This document shows positions 42,666 through 50,783 of a stretch of DNA of 64,000 nt, in pieces. Position 1 is the stretch's first letter; the number at the start of each line of letters is the position of its first letter. The position numbers and the translations under genes were made by a program. The notes under the pieces are model-generated. The model made no database searches, had not been told where the DNA came from, and worked only from the letters and a program-made list of their open reading frames with translations. This DNA comes from an uncultured Actinomyces sp. GTDB lineage: Bacteria > Actinomycetota > Actinomycetes > Actinomycetales > Actinomycetaceae. The stretch covers positions 3,987 to 67,986 of the forward strand of contig CALISI010000031.1 in assembly GCA_938041695.1 (NCBI GenBank), read 5' to 3'.

Positions 42666-43466
42666 ATGAACGAAGAATCCTCGACAGCTCGCGCCAGCGA
42701 CGAGACACCCGAGAAGCTCACGCGCGCGCACGGCACCCACCGTGAAGAACGCGTCAACCTCCGGGTGTGGACGCGCGCCCGCCAAGCATTCTTCGCGCTG
42801 CCCCGCGGGCTCCATGTCGTGATGCTCGTGATTTTCATGATTCTTGGATTCGCTTTGGCGACTCAGGTTCGTGCGCAACGATCGGACCCGCTTGAGGGGC
42901 TTTCAGAACAGGACCTCGTGACTGTTCTCGATGAGCTCAGTACGCAGGAACAAAACCTGCGCAATCGCCGCGGCGAACTCTCCAGCGAACTCGACGACCT
43001 GCGCAGCGCAGCCAGTGAGGCCGACGCTCGCGAGCAGGCCACACGTAAAGCGCAGACTCAGGCACAAATTGCAGCGGGCACTGTCGCGGTGCACGGCCCC
43101 GGTGTGACGGTGGGCGTGACGGACCCCGGCGCGAATCTGACGCCTACGCAGTTTGTTCAGACCCTGGGGGAGCTTCGTAACGCCGGCGCCGAGGCCATCG
43201 AACTCAACGGCGTGCGTCTGTCCACGCGTTCGGCGTTCACTGGCCAGGCTGGTTCGATCGTCGTCGATGGAACCCCGATCTCCTCTCCGTATGCGTGGAA
43301 GGTGATCGGCGAAGGACAGACGATTGCGACAGCCCTCGACATTCAAGCTGGTTCGGCGGCGCAAATGCGAGCCAAGGGGGCGACGGTGACGATCACGCCG
43401 GTTGATGATCTATCGATTTCGTCGATCGCTACCCCGAAGCCACCTCAGTTTGCGACCTACGGGTGA
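42666..43466 (+). CDS. DUF881 domain-containing protein
   Basis: It has a TM helix, a coiled-coil, then VHGPGVTVGV...LRNAGAEAIELNGVRL...SPYAWKVIGE. Confidence 0.8.
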   Translation: MNEESSTARASDETPEKLTRAHGTHREERVNLRVWTRARQAFFALPRGLHVVMLVIFMILGFALATQVRAQRSDPLEGLSEQDLVTVLDELSTQEQNLRNRRGELSSELDDLRSAASEADAREQATRKAQTQAQIAAGTVAVHGPGVTVGVTDPGANLTPTQFVQTLGELRNAGAEAIELNGVRLSTRSAFTGQAGSIVVDGTPISSPYAWKVIGEGQTIATALDIQAGSAAQMRAKGATVTITPVDDLSISSIATPKPPQFATYG

Positions 43467-43567
43467 TGTTGTGTGCTGCAGGCGTTTCGCACCGGCGTTC
43501 TCGCGCCTGATACAAGGCGAACGTTTACACTTATCAGAGTCCATCTTCTTACTTATTGGAGCGCACA

Positions 43568-44002
43568 ATGTCTGACAACCAGCCGTTCGATCCGACTGCA
43601 ACCTCAGTTTTCGGCTTGGCGCCTGTGGTTGATGAGGTCGAAGAGGCACCCGTTGCGCTGTCTGCTCGTGACCGCGAAGCAGTGGAGGCCCTGCCTGCGG
43701 GCTCTGCGCTGCTCATTGTTCAGCGCGGGCCGAACACGGGTGCGCGTTTCCTCCTCGATCCGGAGGTGACCAACGCCGGTCGCTCTCCCAAGGCCGACAT
43801 TTTCCTTGATGACGTCACCGTGTCGCGTAAGCATTGCCAGTTCATCGCGTCCGAGGGCGGACATGTCGTCCGCGATTCGGGTTCTCTGAACGGCACGTAT
43901 GTCAACCGTGAGCGCGTTGATTCCATTCAGCTGCATGCCGGCGACGAAGTGCAGATTGGTAAGTATCGTCTGACCTATCAGCCGTCGACCAAGCAGGCCT
44001 GA
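43568..44002 (+). CDS. garA: FHA-domain protein GarA/OdhI
   Basis: The N-terminal phospho-acceptor-like region is DPTATSVF. The FHA domain reads GRSPKADIFLDDVTVSRKHCQF...RDSGSLNGTYVNRE. The ATG at 43568 follows GGAG. Confidence 0.85.
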   Translation: MSDNQPFDPTATSVFGLAPVVDEVEEAPVALSARDREAVEALPAGSALLIVQRGPNTGARFLLDPEVTNAGRSPKADIFLDDVTVSRKHCQFIASEGGHVVRDSGSLNGTYVNRERVDSIQLHAGDEVQIGKYRLTYQPSTKQA

Positions 44003-44003
44003 C

Positions 44004-44771
44004 GTGTCCGCAGCCGTTGCGCATGCACGGGGGGCGGCTTCGTCCCATGAGGAGCGCTCGTGGCCGCACGACGTCGATCACAGTCCCGAGCTGTCGATCG
44101 GCCGTGTTGTTGATGCCCTGACGGAAGAGTTCCCTGCGATCTCGCTGTCCAAGGTGCGCTACCTCGAGAGCGAGGGGCTTGTCGCGCCCGCACGCACGGG
44201 CTCGGGCTACCGCAAGTACTCGGCCGCTGACGTGGAGCGGCTACGCTACGTACTGACCGAGCAGCGTGACTCGTTCACTCCGCTCAGCGTCATCCGTGCG
44301 CAGCTCGATGCTCTCGATGCCGGGCATACGCCGACGCGACGCAGGGTGGCCCAAGTCGTCTCCTCTGAGGGACAGACGGTCTCGCTGGGGGGACGGCGGG
44401 CTATCCCTGCTGCGGACTTGGCCGACTTGACGGGCGTCGATATGGAGACGTTGGAACGCTACACGCGTCTGGGACTCATTACGCCAGACCTGGCGGGGTA
44501 CTTTCCCGCTCGCTGCGTTCAGACGGTGTCTGCGATCGCGCGCTTGGAGTGCGCCGGCGTCGATGTGCGCGTGTTGCGCGCGGTCCGTCAGGGTGCCGAG
44601 CGGAGTGCCGATATTATCGATCAGACCGTGTCCTCACAGAGGGGACGAGGCCGTGGCGCGGATCGCGAACGTGCGCGTGCTCGGGCGGTTGAGCTGGGGG
44701 AGTTGTTCGCTGAGCTGCACCGTGAAATGCTGACGGTTGCTGTATCTGCTCTCGCGGACGATGGAGACTAA
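44004..44771 (+). CDS. MerR family transcriptional regulator (FtsR/Rv1828-like)
   Basis: The HTH is LSIGRVVDALTEEFPAISLSKVRYLESEGLVAPARTGSGYRKYS. It sits immediately after garA, the conserved position. Confidence 0.8.
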   Translation: MSAAVAHARGAASSHEERSWPHDVDHSPELSIGRVVDALTEEFPAISLSKVRYLESEGLVAPARTGSGYRKYSAADVERLRYVLTEQRDSFTPLSVIRAQLDALDAGHTPTRRRVAQVVSSEGQTVSLGGRRAIPAADLADLTGVDMETLERYTRLGLITPDLAGYFPARCVQTVSAIARLECAGVDVRVLRAVRQGAERSADIIDQTVSSQRGRGRGADRERARARAVELGELFAELHREMLTVAVSALADDGD

Positions 44772-44883
44772 GTCTCATGTTGAACATGAAGGTTAGACTC
44801 GCCGCTTCAGTCGTTGACCACCGTGCATCGGTGCTCTACCGTAGTCCTGTTCTCATCAAGTACCACCTGCAAGGAGCCCGACA

Positions 44884-45435
44884 GTGAGCGCACAAGCGAA
44901 CGTCGCTAGCCGGCAAGGCATGCTTTTCGGCGACCCGCTCGAAGGCCTTGACACCGACGAGATGGGCTACCGTGGCCCGGTTGCATGCAGCGCCGCTGGT
45001 ATCACGTATCGCCAGCTCGACTACTGGGCTCGTACCGGCCTCCTCCAGCCGTCGATCCGCGCCGCGCGTGGTTCTGGTTCCCAGCGCCTCTACTCCTTCC
45101 GTGACATCCTCGTTCTGAAGGTGGTGAAGAAGCTCCTCGATGCGGGCGTATCGCTGCAGCAGGTTCGTGTCGCTGTCTCCTCGCTGCAGAACAGGGGAGT
45201 GGATGACCTCGCATCGATTACCTTGATGAGCGATGGGGCCTCCGTGTACGAATGCACGTCGACAGATGAGGTGATTGATCTCCTTCAGGGCGGCCAGGGT
45301 GTTTTCGGTATCGCCGTTGGCCGCGTCTGGCGCGAGGTCGAAGGTTCTCTCGCTGAGCTGCCGCTTGAGCGTTCCGAGCCGACATTCGTCGACGAACTGG
45401 CGCAGCGACGCCGCGCGAAACTCTCCGCGTCCTGA
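44884..45435 (+). CDS. MerR family transcriptional regulator (Rv1830-like)
   Basis: AAGITYRQLDYWARTGLLQPS...GSGSQRLYSFRDILVLKVV. GTG start after AGGAG. Confidence 0.8.
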   Translation: MSAQANVASRQGMLFGDPLEGLDTDEMGYRGPVACSAAGITYRQLDYWARTGLLQPSIRAARGSGSQRLYSFRDILVLKVVKKLLDAGVSLQQVRVAVSSLQNRGVDDLASITLMSDGASVYECTSTDEVIDLLQGGQGVFGIAVGRVWREVEGSLAELPLERSEPTFVDELAQRRRAKLSAS

Positions 45436-45455
45436 CGCGACGTATTCGACGATAA

Positions 45456-45490
45456 GGTGTGGGGGCCAGGCTCAGCCTGGCCCCCACACC
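45456..45490. terminator. bidirectional terminator (15-bp perfect stem) between convergent genes
   Basis: GGTGTGGGGGCCAGG-ctcag-CCTGGCCCCCACACC followed by CTTTTAC. Confidence 0.8.
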
Positions 45491-45525
45491 CTTTTACTCT
45501 GTCAGCGTGCTTATCTGCGCGCGGA

Positions 45526-47049
45526 TTAGCGGCGACCGAGCGGACGGCTCACCGTGTACGATGCTTCGACGTCGGTAATCTCAACGGTGACCAGGCCGTT
45601 TGCATCGACAATGTAGGACTCTTCGATGAGAGGCCCATCGTCGGTGCGGACGACGGGAATCGTGGTGAGATCGATATCATCGAGACGCAGTGCCCGATCG
45701 AAGGGAAAGATAACCTCGCCGTAGGGCTGAAGATCGCCACGCGGCACCCCTGCCTCGTCGAAAGAGGAGTACTCGACGAAGCGGAAATAGCCGATGTTGT
45801 GTGCCGCCCGGTAGCGGCGCTTGATGGTCAGCGTCTCTCCCGGGGCCAGCTCAGTGTTGGGCTCCAGAAGTGTATCGAAGGAGATGAAGTTTCCTGCTTC
45901 GCGCTCACGGAACACGCCAACGCCACGCGAGAGTTGTTCGCGCACCGTGTACGCGGCCTCGGGATCGGCGCCGATGGCCAGGCCGATCGCGGTTGACGCT
46001 GCCGTGTGCGGCGACCGGTGGACACGGCGTCCAAAGCGCGAACGCAAGACACGTGCCACGAGCGGTAGTTGCGAACCTCCGCCCACGACGTAGAGACCGG
46101 CGATATCTCCGCCCAGCTGGCCGACGCCAGAGGCGTCGGGGACCAGGAGCGGTTCCATGACGGCGACAGTCGAGTCGACCAGGGGAGTGGCTGCCTCGTA
46201 GAAGTCCGCAACGGGGATCGTCACGGGCTCGCCGTCGACGGGCACGGTAATGAACTTCGTCGAGGGGGAGAGGGCCTCCTTCGCGTCGCGCGAATCTTCG
46301 ACGAGGCGTTGCCACGCTGCGTCGCCGAGTTTGCCCGAGTCCGTACCAGCCGCTGCGGCCAATCGGTTCGCGAGCACGACGTCGAAGTCGTCCCCGCCGA
46401 CCATGTTGAGGCCACGTGATCCCATGACCTCGTGGAGTGTGCCTGTCGCCGACACGATCGAAGCATCGAACGTGCCACCACCCAGATCGTAGACAAGGAT
46501 CGCTGTGCGCTTCGAGTTAAGCGTCCCCGCGTGACGGTGGGTGTACTCAAAGCCTGCGGCGGAGGGCTCGTTCACCATCGCAAGGACATCCCAGCCGGCT
46601 CGGCGGAAGGCCTCAAGGGTGAGGAAGCGCTGCGCAGACCACGCGTGCGCAGGGACGCCGACGAGAGCCTCGAGCGGCTCAGATGCGGGGAGGGAAGCGA
46701 CGGAGGAATTGGTGCGCAGCTGGTGCTCAACGTAGCTGAGGAAGCCCGTCAGTGCGTCGAGGATTGAGATGCTGTGGTTACCTAGGCGCAGAGTGGACGT
46801 GTCAGTGACTGATGGATCGGAGAGTAGACGCTTGAAGGAACGCAGATGAGGTGCACCTTCGTGGGCAGCATCTTCTGCGTCGAAGCCGTACACCAGGTGG
46901 TCCCCGTCAAGAGCGATGATCGACGGGACGAAATCGACCGTATCGTCATTATTGTTGACGAAGGAGACGATGGGATAGTTCCCTCGGTCAACGATAGCGA
47001 TCGCGGTGGTTGTGGTACCAAAATCAACTCCGAGTCTCATGACACCCAC
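45526..47049 (-). CDS. Hsp70 family protein (non-canonical DnaK-like ATPase with a short C-terminal beta-rich domain)
   Basis: The actin-fold motifs are LGVDFGTTTT, VYDLGGGTFD and VVGGGSQLP. At 507 aa it lacks the canonical DnaK lid and EEVD region. The start is either GTG 47049 or ATG 47040. Confidence 0.8.
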   Translation of the reverse strand: MGVMRLGVDFGTTTTAIAIVDRGNYPIVSFVNNNDDTVDFVPSIIALDGDHLVYGFDAEDAAHEGAPHLRSFKRLLSDPSVTDTSTLRLGNHSISILDALTGFLSYVEHQLRTNSSVASLPASEPLEALVGVPAHAWSAQRFLTLEAFRRAGWDVLAMVNEPSAAGFEYTHRHAGTLNSKRTAILVYDLGGGTFDASIVSATGTLHEVMGSRGLNMVGGDDFDVVLANRLAAAAGTDSGKLGDAAWQRLVEDSRDAKEALSPSTKFITVPVDGEPVTIPVADFYEAATPLVDSTVAVMEPLLVPDASGVGQLGGDIAGLYVVGGGSQLPLVARVLRSRFGRRVHRSPHTAASTAIGLAIGADPEAAYTVREQLSRGVGVFREREAGNFISFDTLLEPNTELAPGETLTIKRRYRAAHNIGYFRFVEYSSFDEAGVPRGDLQPYGEVIFPFDRALRLDDIDLTTIPVVRTDDGPLIEESYIVDANGLVTVEITDVEASYTVSRPLGRR

Positions 47050-47073
47050 ACTAGCGTTTATTGACGGGAGCTC

Positions 47074-47817
47074 CTAGGACGTCTCGCCGGTCGTTCGCAC
47101 ATTCCCGAGTAACGCCCTGTTGAGGATGGTGACAAAGAGCCAGGCAAGCAGGAAGTATACGCAGCCGCCAATGGCGTCAACCACATAATGATTGGCCGTT
47201 GCGACGATTGTCACGATCGTTATTGCGGGGTGCAACGCGAGAATCAGCCGCGCCCACCATGAGCGCCACACGTAGGTTCCGAGCATCACTGCGACCCAGA
47301 CGGACCAGCCCGTATGCATTGACGGCATTGCGCCGTAAGGATTGGCGAGCGTGCCGAAAAGATGAGAATAGGCCGACGTGTGAGCGGCGACAGCGTCCAC
47401 AAAACCGAGATCTGGGACCAGGCGTGGGGGAGCCAAGGGGTAGGTCCAGTAGGTGATGAGCGCGCCGATCGTCATGATAACGAGCGTCCATCGTGCCCGG
47501 CGGTAGTGGGCCGGGGCCTTTCGCCAGAGGGCGACCAACGCGAAGCTGGTCATCGCGAAGAATGAGACTGCATACTGTGCAGATGCGAGGGAGGCGAGGA
47601 GTGGGTGAGCGGTCAACCATGTGTTTGCTGAACCCTCGATAAAGACGCCAATGCGCGACTCGAATGCGGTGACGTCGTGCGCGTGAGCCACAGCGACAGA
47701 CTCGGGCGCCTTGGCCAAGAATGACAGGACGGAGTATGCCAGGCATGCCAATGAGAGCGCGATGATCTCGCGAAGAGCGGGAGGTCGCTGGGAGCGTACG
47801 TGTAGGTCCGACGTCAT
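47074..47817 (-). CDS. PAP2 superfamily membrane protein (PAP2_C / inositolphosphotransferase-like)
   Basis: 247 aa and polytopic. The motifs are PSMHTGWSVWVA...ANHYVVDAIGG. Confidence 0.7.
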   Translation of the reverse strand: MTSDLHVRSQRPPALREIIALSLACLAYSVLSFLAKAPESVAVAHAHDVTAFESRIGVFIEGSANTWLTAHPLLASLASAQYAVSFFAMTSFALVALWRKAPAHYRRARWTLVIMTIGALITYWTYPLAPPRLVPDLGFVDAVAAHTSAYSHLFGTLANPYGAMPSMHTGWSVWVAVMLGTYVWRSWWARLILALHPAITIVTIVATANHYVVDAIGGCVYFLLAWLFVTILNRALLGNVRTTGETS

Positions 47818-47861
47818 GACAGCAACTGTAGCGCGTGGTCGGAGAGGGATCGATAAAGAAA

Positions 47862-47889
47862 AACGGACATAATGTACATTATCGGATCG
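47862..47889. other. dif-like XerC/XerD recombination site candidate
   Basis: The minus strand reads CGATCCGATAA-TGTACA-TTATGTCCGTT. The central 16 nt ATAATGTACATTATGT match E. coli dif (GGTGCGCATAA-TGTATA-TTATGTTAAAT) at 15/16, and the whole site matches at 18/28. It is intergenic and lies at a gene-orientation switch. Confidence 0.4.
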
Positions 47890-47980
47890 AGGGCTTGGGT
47901 GGAGACGTGGCCGTGGAAGCGTTCCGCTTGACGTGTCAGATAGAATGGTCCCGTTTCTTATCTACGTCCAGGAGGCTGTT

Positions 47981-48346
47981 ATGGCTGACCGCGCACTGCG
48001 TGGCATGCAGATCGGTGCGAAGTCCCTCGAATCCGAGGACGGCGTTGTTTTCGCCGACCGTTTCATCGCTCGTTACGTGTGCCCCAACGGTCACGAGTTC
48101 GAGGTGACGCTCTCCAGCGAGGCGACGGCTCCCGCAACCTGGGAATGCAAGTGTGGCCAGCAGGCTGATCTGATCGGTGAGACCGTCGAGGACGAGGACA
48201 ACAAGCCCGTCAAGCCCCAGCGTACGCACTGGGACATGCTGCTTGAGCGTCGCTCCATCGAAGAGCTCGAGGTCGTACTTTCCGAGCAGCTCACCGCTTA
48301 CCGCGAGGGGCGTCTGCGTCCTGAGGGTTCGTACCGCAAGGGCTGA
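47981..48346 (+). CDS. rbpA: RNA polymerase-binding protein RbpA
   Basis: MADRALRGMQIGAKSLESE...YVCPNGHEFEVT...WECKCG...RTHWDMLLERRSIEELE. The ATG follows AGGAGG. Confidence 0.9.
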   Translation: MADRALRGMQIGAKSLESEDGVVFADRFIARYVCPNGHEFEVTLSSEATAPATWECKCGQQADLIGETVEDEDNKPVKPQRTHWDMLLERRSIEELEVVLSEQLTAYREGRLRPEGSYRKG

Positions 48347-49129
48347 TTACTGCGAGAACGCTCGACGGGCGGCTTGGGTCAGGCGACCCAGGCCGCCTTT
48401 CGTTACCATGACGAGTTCCTCGACGAAGATCGACGAATCAAGCTTCGATTCGCCGGCGATGCGTTCGTCAAAGGTGATGGGTACTTCGGCAATCACCGCT
48501 CCCAGAGACCGTTCGAGTTCGGTCATTTCGACCTGGAATCCAAAGCCGGTCGTTGCTACCTGATCGAGTACGTTGTTGTCTCGCAGGAAGGCGGCGCGGT
48601 GCAGGCGCAGGCCCGCAGTTGCATCCTTCACCGGTGTTCCCAGGCAGAATCGGACATAATAATTCCCCGCCTTTGAGAGCGCGACGCGCTTGTGAGACCA
48701 ACCGTTAATGCGTCCGCCCGGCACCCAGCGCGACCCAATGACGAGGTCGGGTCGGTCGGGTCCAGCCATGCGCGTCAATAGCTTCGGCAGATCCACTGGA
48801 CGGTGCGATCCGTCGGCGTCCATCTGGAGTATGAACGGGTAGTCGTGCTCAATGCCCCAGCCCATGCCAGCAACGTAGGCGGTGGCGAGCCCGGATTTCG
48901 CGGGTCGATGAAGGGCATGGAGACGATCCTCGTGCGTGCGGCGAGAGTCAACCCACTCCCCTGTTCCATCCGGCGAGGAATCATCGACGATGAGGATGTG
49001 TGCGCGGGGTACACGGGACCAAATCTGCGTCAGGATCCCTGGAAGCGTCTCCATCTCGTTGTACGTCGGGATCACGATCAGGGTGTGGTCTCCCTGAGGA
49101 GAGGGAACAAGGCGCTCAGGAATGGTCAT
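48347..49129 (-). CDS. ppm1: polyprenol monophosphomannose synthase (GT2)
   Basis: VIPTYNE...ILIVDDSSPDGTG...MDADGSH. It lies downstream of lnt, as in the Ppm1 arrangement of mycobacteria. Confidence 0.87.
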   Translation of the reverse strand: MTIPERLVPSPQGDHTLIVIPTYNEMETLPGILTQIWSRVPRAHILIVDDSSPDGTGEWVDSRRTHEDRLHALHRPAKSGLATAYVAGMGWGIEHDYPFILQMDADGSHRPVDLPKLLTRMAGPDRPDLVIGSRWVPGGRINGWSHKRVALSKAGNYYVRFCLGTPVKDATAGLRLHRAAFLRDNNVLDQVATTGFGFQVEMTELERSLGAVIAEVPITFDERIAGESKLDSSIFVEELVMVTKGGLGRLTQAARRAFSQ

Positions 49130-49148
49130 GGGTCACATTTTGCCGAAA

Positions 49149-50768
49149 TTAGTCGTTCGATGCACGCCTGGCGCGCGCTCGTGCCCTTATTCCCTGCCCG
49201 ATAACCGTCACGAGGGCGAAGAAGCTGGTGATGAGCGTCGCAACCATGACGGCATGTGGAATCTTCTCCCCCGCCTGCGCGGTCAGCGTCAGAGAGGAAC
49301 GAAGCGGAATATCGGCGGTGAGCGTTGCCGCCTGCTCGGTATCTGTTTGCTCCAGGATGGAACCATCGGGACGAATAACGTAGGAGTGGCCCGTCGTCGA
49401 GGCCTGGACGGCACTGCGCGAGTACTCCATCGCGCGCATGCGTAGGAGCTGCCCCTGCTGCGCGGATTCCCCAGAAGATTGGAAGTGATAGTTGTTTGAT
49501 GGGACGACAATGGCTTGACCGCCACGAGCAACGCCGTCGCCGATCACCATGGGGTAGGCGGCCTCGAAACAGATGCCTACCGCGAGAGGAACAGCGCTTC
49601 CATCGCGCGCCTGCACCGTCATGAGGGGTGGCTCCTCCCCCGCCTCCATGTCTCGACTTGATTGTGCGACTTCGGTCGAGAAGGACGCGATGAACTCACG
49701 GAACGGGATGAATTCGCCGAAGGGGACAGGGACGTGTTTCGAATAGCGGGCCGATTCTTCCAACCCCTGGCCCGGCTCCCAGATCGCGAGCCAGTTCTTG
49801 ACGCGATCGCGTTCATTAAGGTTCGTGTAGCCGATCAGCACGGGTGCGTCGAGCGCGGAGGCAGCATGATCAACCGCCTGCCCGATTGCAGGGAACGCGA
49901 CGGGATCACGGTCGACGGACCCCTCGCCCCAGATCGCCAGATCAAGCGGGTGATCAACCACGTCCGGTGAGCTCGCGAGCTCGAGGGAAGTGCGCACGTT
50001 GTTGCCGGTCACCTCGCCCTCGTGCTTGTAAGCCTGTGCGCCCGGCAGAGCGATGTCGCCTTGGACGACACCGATACGTAGCATTCCGTTCTCTGCCTGG
50101 TTCGGCAGCGTGAGGGCGAGAGGCGCAACGTATGCGGTCGCGACGATGACGGCGAGTGCCGGCCGTGAAAACCAGTGCTCGCGAATCACCGATGCATCCC
50201 GAGCCGCGAATGCGCGGCGAACAAGGACGGCGAGGGCGACGACCACCGCGGTGATCACTGTCGTGCCGCCGTACGGGGCGAGGTGCCCGAGGGGAGAATC
50301 CACCTGAGGCAACGCAACGGAGCCCCACGGAAAACCTGACCACGGCCACCGGGAGCGCGCCGCGTCGACTCCAGCCCACGTAAGACCGAACAGCAGCGCC
50401 TGCATGATCGGGCCGCGCGCCCACGCCCATAGCTGTGTCCACCTCGCGAACAGCACCCAGGCCACCAGGAAAAGCGTCTGTACGAATGCAAGCACGAACC
50501 ACGGCGGCGTCGTACCGACGGCGAGCGGAATCCAGTTGATGAGCGGAAGCCAGAAGCTCATGCCGAACACAAACGTGACAGTTAACGCCCGCGGTGCCCT
50601 GGCCTCGTCGATGCGCGAGATGTATAGCGCCAGTGCGGGCACCGACAGCCACCACCATCCGACCGGCTGAAATGACGCGTACAGCGCGAGGCCTGCGATC
50701 GCCGCGATGAGCGAGTCGCCGCATACGTGCGCAAACGAGGTGCGCTGCAAAGTCTCCTGATGGCCCAC
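49149..50768 (-). CDS. lnt: apolipoprotein N-acyltransferase
   Basis: 539 aa. A polytopic N-terminus is followed by a CN-hydrolase domain (GVVQGD..., ICFE, the C-terminal TM helix). Confidence 0.87.
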   Translation of the reverse strand: MGHQETLQRTSFAHVCGDSLIAAIAGLALYASFQPVGWWWLSVPALALYISRIDEARAPRALTVTFVFGMSFWLPLINWIPLAVGTTPPWFVLAFVQTLFLVAWVLFARWTQLWAWARGPIMQALLFGLTWAGVDAARSRWPWSGFPWGSVALPQVDSPLGHLAPYGGTTVITAVVVALAVLVRRAFAARDASVIREHWFSRPALAVIVATAYVAPLALTLPNQAENGMLRIGVVQGDIALPGAQAYKHEGEVTGNNVRTSLELASSPDVVDHPLDLAIWGEGSVDRDPVAFPAIGQAVDHAASALDAPVLIGYTNLNERDRVKNWLAIWEPGQGLEESARYSKHVPVPFGEFIPFREFIASFSTEVAQSSRDMEAGEEPPLMTVQARDGSAVPLAVGICFEAAYPMVIGDGVARGGQAIVVPSNNYHFQSSGESAQQGQLLRMRAMEYSRSAVQASTTGHSYVIRPDGSILEQTDTEQAATLTADIPLRSSLTLTAQAGEKIPHAVMVATLITSFFALVTVIGQGIRARARARRASND

Positions 50769-50783
50769 AAGCCCTCCAGCCTT

